Assembly: GCA_010405405.1 (NCBI GenBank)
Contig: MU004230.1
Coordinates: 1,150,627-1,214,626, forward strand
Source: Microthyrium microscopicum
Lineage: Eukaryota
Length of the DNA: 64,000 bases
Reading direction: 5' to 3'
The translations under genes were made by a program, and so were the position numbers. A model generated the notes under the pieces. The model was not told where the DNA came from, searched no databases, and worked only from the letters and a program-made list of their open reading frames with translations. Shown piece after piece: positions 59,168 through 64,000 of this stretch (its first letter is position 1; the number at the start of each line of letters is the position of its first letter).

Positions 59168-62100
59168 TTAGAGTCTATTTTGCGCCATAGCTTCCGGGGC
59201 CTCACTCCCATCTTTACGCGTCCACGCTTGCTCAGTGCTCGCTGCACCGCTCGGTCGCCGCCGACTTACGACTCCTGGAAACATGCGCGGTTCGCTACCG
59301 TCTAGTGGACCAGTTTGCTGTGCCATTGAGCTAGAGCGTATTGGCATTGCAACAGGAGAAGAAGCGCCGCCTGCGGCACTACTAAGGTCCGGAGAGAGGA
59401 CTCCCGAGGAGAGAAGTTCCGAGGCTGATGGCTGCGGTACTGTGGCGGGTGTAAAATGCTGCTGTAGATTCAAAGCACTTGGCTCCGTGTGCATGGATGC
59501 GGTCGGCGAGCCAGGCACCTGCGTCTTCGATGCTGTCGGATGCGTAGCAATCGCCGAAGCAGAGAGTGGTTCAGGCGGCGGCAAGTGGGAGGAAGGCTGC
59601 ATGTTGGATGTATATTTGTCGATCATGGCAAGTTCCTGCACGAGAGTTTCATGGCGGAAGGATTCGCGGATATTGGGCACGTTGCATTTGGAGACATCGT
59701 TACCAGCGACGCCAGGCAAATTATAGTTATGGCCGAGCCAGTGCTGCTTGAGGACGTGTTCAAAGCCTGATTGCTCAACGGAATGTTTGGCCAGCTCGCA
59801 CATATCTACCGCGGAGAGCTTGTAGATTTGCGCAGCGACGGCGTATTCTTCGATGAGCGGCTCTTTGGTGAAAGCGAACTGGAGTGGGTCGTCGGTGGAG
59901 AGGGAGACGTTGAGACCTCGGCGAAAGTATTGGAGAAAGGGATTGCGCTCATAGGCGAGGAAAAGGGCATTATTGCTGAGCGGCGACATGGCTATGCCTA
60001 TTTGCTCGAGGTAGAAGATGTATTGTAAAAATGGAACTTTGCGGAGTAATAGACCATGACTGATGCTGTGGCAGCATAAGACGGCGCTGGCTAAGTGATC
60101 AGTGTCCCCAGCCTCGCCGCAATGCGGCCTTAGTAGAAATGTGTTGAAGCCGCGGGCTTTGCGCCAGACGTTTAACGAAGCGATATTGGCAAATAGATAG
60201 TATATCCAGTAACTGTAAGGCGGATTTTGTTTGGTGCCCCATTCTCGTGGTGGAGGAAATTTCTTGAAGAGACGACGTTCGACTTTGCTTTCATCATCGA
60301 CGCTATCGAAACCAATAACGCGTTGTAAGAATATATGCAGCTTAGGGTGACTTGCTGGATTTTGTGTCACTTCAAACAGCGGCTGGAAAACGTTGATGAT
60401 GACTTGCTCAAAGTTGTCCATAAGTTTGGACGATTTGTAAACATCAAAGAGGCGAGGTATTTGGATCAGCCATCGAACATTTGGTGAGAACAGCTTGTTA
60501 TCAATGACCCAAGCTGCGAGTTTATCCCATTCGTCAATGGTGCGACCGTAAATGGAGATCCGCCATTCGACAAATTGATATTTGCTTGCTTCGAGATCTG
60601 AGATGACTTCTTTAGTGATTTCTGCAAGGTACCGACCTTTGATATCGTTATCTGTCTTCAGAAATATGGTTCTCAATCTCGATTCACCCACTGGGTTATA
60701 TTTCAGATTGAACTTGTCGAAGCGATGGAAAGAGTCAGTGTGAGCATGCATATCCAACGTGTCGATACTGAGATCATATGCTGTCAATTGAATGCTCTCA
60801 AACACTTCCTTGAGCGTAAGATACCGTCCGTCTCTGAAAAGCACCACTTCATCTGTGCTCTTCTTCATTTTGCTCTTGATGAAGCGAAGCAGATGCTTTT
60901 GATTCATACAAGCCGAATGATGTACGTGAGTATCCACTTTACGCACATTGTAAAAGTCTCTATGAGGAACACGCTTTGTATCTGCCATCTCTTGATACTC
61001 ATTGAGGAGGATGTACAGATTAAACTTTCCTTCCAGATACTGTAGTCGCCGGAATGCAAAGCTCTTACTAGGGCCATCAGAAGAGACGTCTAGAAGTGTA
61101 TCCAGATCCATGTAAAACTCGCGAATGCTTGGAACATTTACAATCGGCGTCGAGGTCTCCACGTTTGCAATTGGACTTTCATAGACTTGAAAGACACCTT
61201 GATCATCGAGTCGAAAGGTCCACTCATCTGTGCCAGGCAGAGGATGGAGATCATCCATATCAAAGTCCTCGCCGATATTCTTTCCCGGCTTACGAGACTT
61301 TTTGGGCGGGCTTTCCTCTTCCTCCTCCTCTTCTTCCAGAATCGTGCTATTCACCATGCTATTCTGAGCCGTCGCCTCCTTGTGGCTTTTCCACGCCGGC
61401 ACAGGCGGAGGCGGATAAATATTCCACTCCGGATCGTCCTTTGGATTATCATTCGCACCCTGCAGCGACAGCCGTATGTATTTATGCCGAATATCCAACA
61501 CCTTCTGAATATTCCCGTATATCGCACTCAGCTCGGCAGCCACATGATCATCCGCATCAGCAAACCCGCCCGCTCCACTGCCAACACCCACACCCGCGCC
61601 GGCTCCATGCAGACCTGCGTCTGCAAGTATACTGCCCGGCGGCTTGGGTTCATGTGGCAGCCCCGGGTGTCGGGTATGTGCTCGCGCGCTCTGATCCGCC
61701 TGGGCTAGGAACCCATCTTGATGCCCCATGACATAATGTTCGCTCCCCGCAACCTCTGTGCCTGCCACACTGCCCATCTGGCTTGTGATACTACGCATGC
61801 TCTCGATGCGGCTCAGCGCGTCAGGATCATTGCTGTTGGCGTGTGCAAGACTCGTGCCACTACGCGCTCGAAGCATTGGACTTGCGCCGTCAACGCTGGA
61901 GCCGCGCTCGAGTTCGCGGTGGCGCTGGTACATCTGCTTGGCTTCTTCATGGCCGGTGCGGCGCTCGGAGGAGTAGTCATAATAGGCAGTTTTACGTTGC
62001 TTGTCGCGGGGCAGCACGCCTAGGAGGTCTTCGTTGGGATTCGTTGCGTCATTGGGAAGGTCTTGAGGGATGGTGTCGTAGCCGAGTTGATTGCTGGCTC

Positions 62101-62313
62101 CAGCGTTGGGAGTGGGGACGTCGTCGAAGGAGCTGGAGGAGTCACTTGCTCTTCGAGGTCCGGATTCGAGCTCTTCGTCGGAGAGAGGATCCATTGTGAG
62201 ATGTGTAGAGTGAAGATAGGGAGAGGTGGTAGGAGAGTGGGCGCTGTCTGCAGTCAATTGAGTCAGTGGAAACAAAGAAAGTTGGAGGGATTGGAGATTA
62301 TACTTCTGTCCAT
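59168..62313 (-). CDS. AMD1: AMP deaminase
   Basis: [54 protein letters not shown]; start at 62313 via a 10-nt exon and intron 62248-62303, or at 62194. Confidence 0.95.
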
Positions 62314-62774
62314 GGTGGTACACAGCGAGGATCTAGGAAGAGTCTATTGTAGGAGGTGCCAATGGCGGTCAGCGGCTTGCGTCTTGGTGCAAGGCCACAG
62401 ACCTCGAAAAGTGAACGCGGAGATGCGGTTGGACGCGGCAGGTGCAAGGCTGAGACAACTTGCCCATCCATCATATGCGCTCCTGCACTTCAATATTGGC
62501 TTAGATTAAAGTACACAGCACAACGATATGGAGAAATAATGGGTATTGTAATTGTCTTGAAATTGTATACAGAAACAAATGTCATATACATTCGACCCAC
62601 CGATACCAGAAAATGCAGCTCATTCATCCATCAACCATTCTTCCGCTTCAGCAATCTTTCTTATACAGTCCTTCGTACTATTCACTAGGCTAAAATGCCA
62701 ATATCTAAGGTTTCGCCCCTAAGCACCTATGGTATGCAAAGCCACAAAAGAATCCAACTCCCAAGAAAAGCATT

Positions 62775-64000
62775 TTAGTAAGTTCTCTTGAAAGGAGGTA
62801 CAGGCTTGCACTCGGCCTCGTCGAGGGTAGTTGCGATCACAGAGCGGTATCCAATGTCCACCTTGCCATGTGGTTCTTTTTGCCATGTTAGTGTGTGCTT
62901 CATCCAGTTCTTGTCGTCACGATCAGGGAAGTCTTCACGGGCGTGAGCTCCACGAGATTCCTTGCGGTTGGATGCAGCCTGGGCTGTTTGTGTACTATAT
63001 AGGATTAGCATGCTGTGTTGATAGAAGATGAAGGTTCACTTACGCGCAGGTTAAAAGGTTTCGAAGTTCGAGGGTTTCAACCAAATCCGAGTTCCAGATC
63101 ATGCTGCGATCCTTGGTGCCAACTTGGGAGAACATCTGGTCAACCTTGTCGATACCTTTGACACCCTCATCCAAGCTCTCTTGAGTTCGGAAAACGCTGA
63201 CGTCTGTTTGCATGACCTTTTGCATGGCAGAACGAATCTCAGCAGTGCTCTTGGGACCATCTGCAACACGAGCCTTGTCAATGACCGAAATGCTGTCTGC
63301 ACCGGCATCAGGCGCAACCTCTTTTTGTGCCTGGCCAGGCTTGAAGTTGTCGCGGATAGTGTGTGAAACAGCACGGCCGAAGACAATGAGATCGAGTAGA
63401 GAGTTTGCACCAAGACGGTTAGCACCGTGGACGGACACACATGCAGCTTCACCACACGCGAAGAGTCCGGGTACGACTTCATCGTCACCCTTGGCATTTT
63501 GGGTGAGAACTTCTCCGGTATATTTGGTTGGGATACCACCCATGTTATAATGGACGGTTGGAAGGACAGGAATTGGTTGTTTAGTGACATCGACACCGGC
63601 GAAAATGGCAGCAGTTTCGGAGATACCTGGTAGACGCTCGTGAAGAATATCCGGAGGAAGATGGCTGAGTTGGAGGAAAATGTGATCTTTCTCGGCGCCC
63701 ACACCACGTCCTTCACGGATTTCCATGGTCATTGATCGAGATACGACGTCACGACTGGCGAGATCCTTTGCAGTTGGGGCATAACGTTCCATGAACCGTT
63801 CTCCCTCGGAGTTGAGTAGATATCCACCCTCACCTCGAGAACCTTCGGTGATGAGGCAGCCAGCGCCGTAGATACCAGTAGGATGAAATTGCACAAACTC
63901 GAGATCCTGGTTAGGAAGACCAGCACGAGCAACCATAGCCATACCGTCTCCAGTGCAAGTATGGGCTGATGTGCAACTGAAGTACGCACGACCGTAACCA
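62775..64000 (-). CDS. SDH1: Succinate dehydrogenase flavoprotein subunit, 3' part; gene continues beyond the window
   Basis: [64 protein letters not shown]; intron 62995-63043. Confidence 0.96.

Noticed and set aside
11348..64000. SFC1, PIC2 and SDH1 as a mitochondrial gene cluster
   Set aside because: Separated by many unrelated genes; co-occurrence is compatible with chance

Overview
Gene-dense, intron-containing eukaryotic DNA from a filamentous ascomycete (Pezizomycotina; short GT-AG introns of about 42-130 nt with CTRAC/CTAAT branch points; a Eurotiomycete/Chaetothyriales origin is only a guess). About 30 protein genes can be modelled by hand. Housekeeping genes: PolX fragment, FHIP/RAI16-like, SFC1, PRP38, PIC2-type carrier, F-box/WD40, ERO1, MEX67, GRX4, AMD1, SDH1. 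Secreted or accessory genes: GH16, AA9 LPMO, GPI protein, LaeA-like methyltransferase, alpha/beta hydrolase. Highlights: (1) an AspRS-DUF2156 fusion (ErdS, tRNA-dependent sterol aspartylation) with no adjacent erdH; (2) an MscL-family channel with a canonical EF-hand-like loop at its N-terminus and a C-terminal zinc ribbon; (3) a 359-nt weak-donor intron in MEX67 that resembles the retained regulatory intron of animal NXF1; (4) an 87-aa, 10-Cys secreted peptide with an internal polybasic processing site; (5) a 421-bp MITE with perfect 47-bp TIRs and TA duplication, 61 bp past the ERO1 stop; (6) a spliced 71-aa microprotein missed by the ORF track. No rRNA, tRNA or CRISPR array was recognised. 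All family assignments come from motif recognition, not from database searches.
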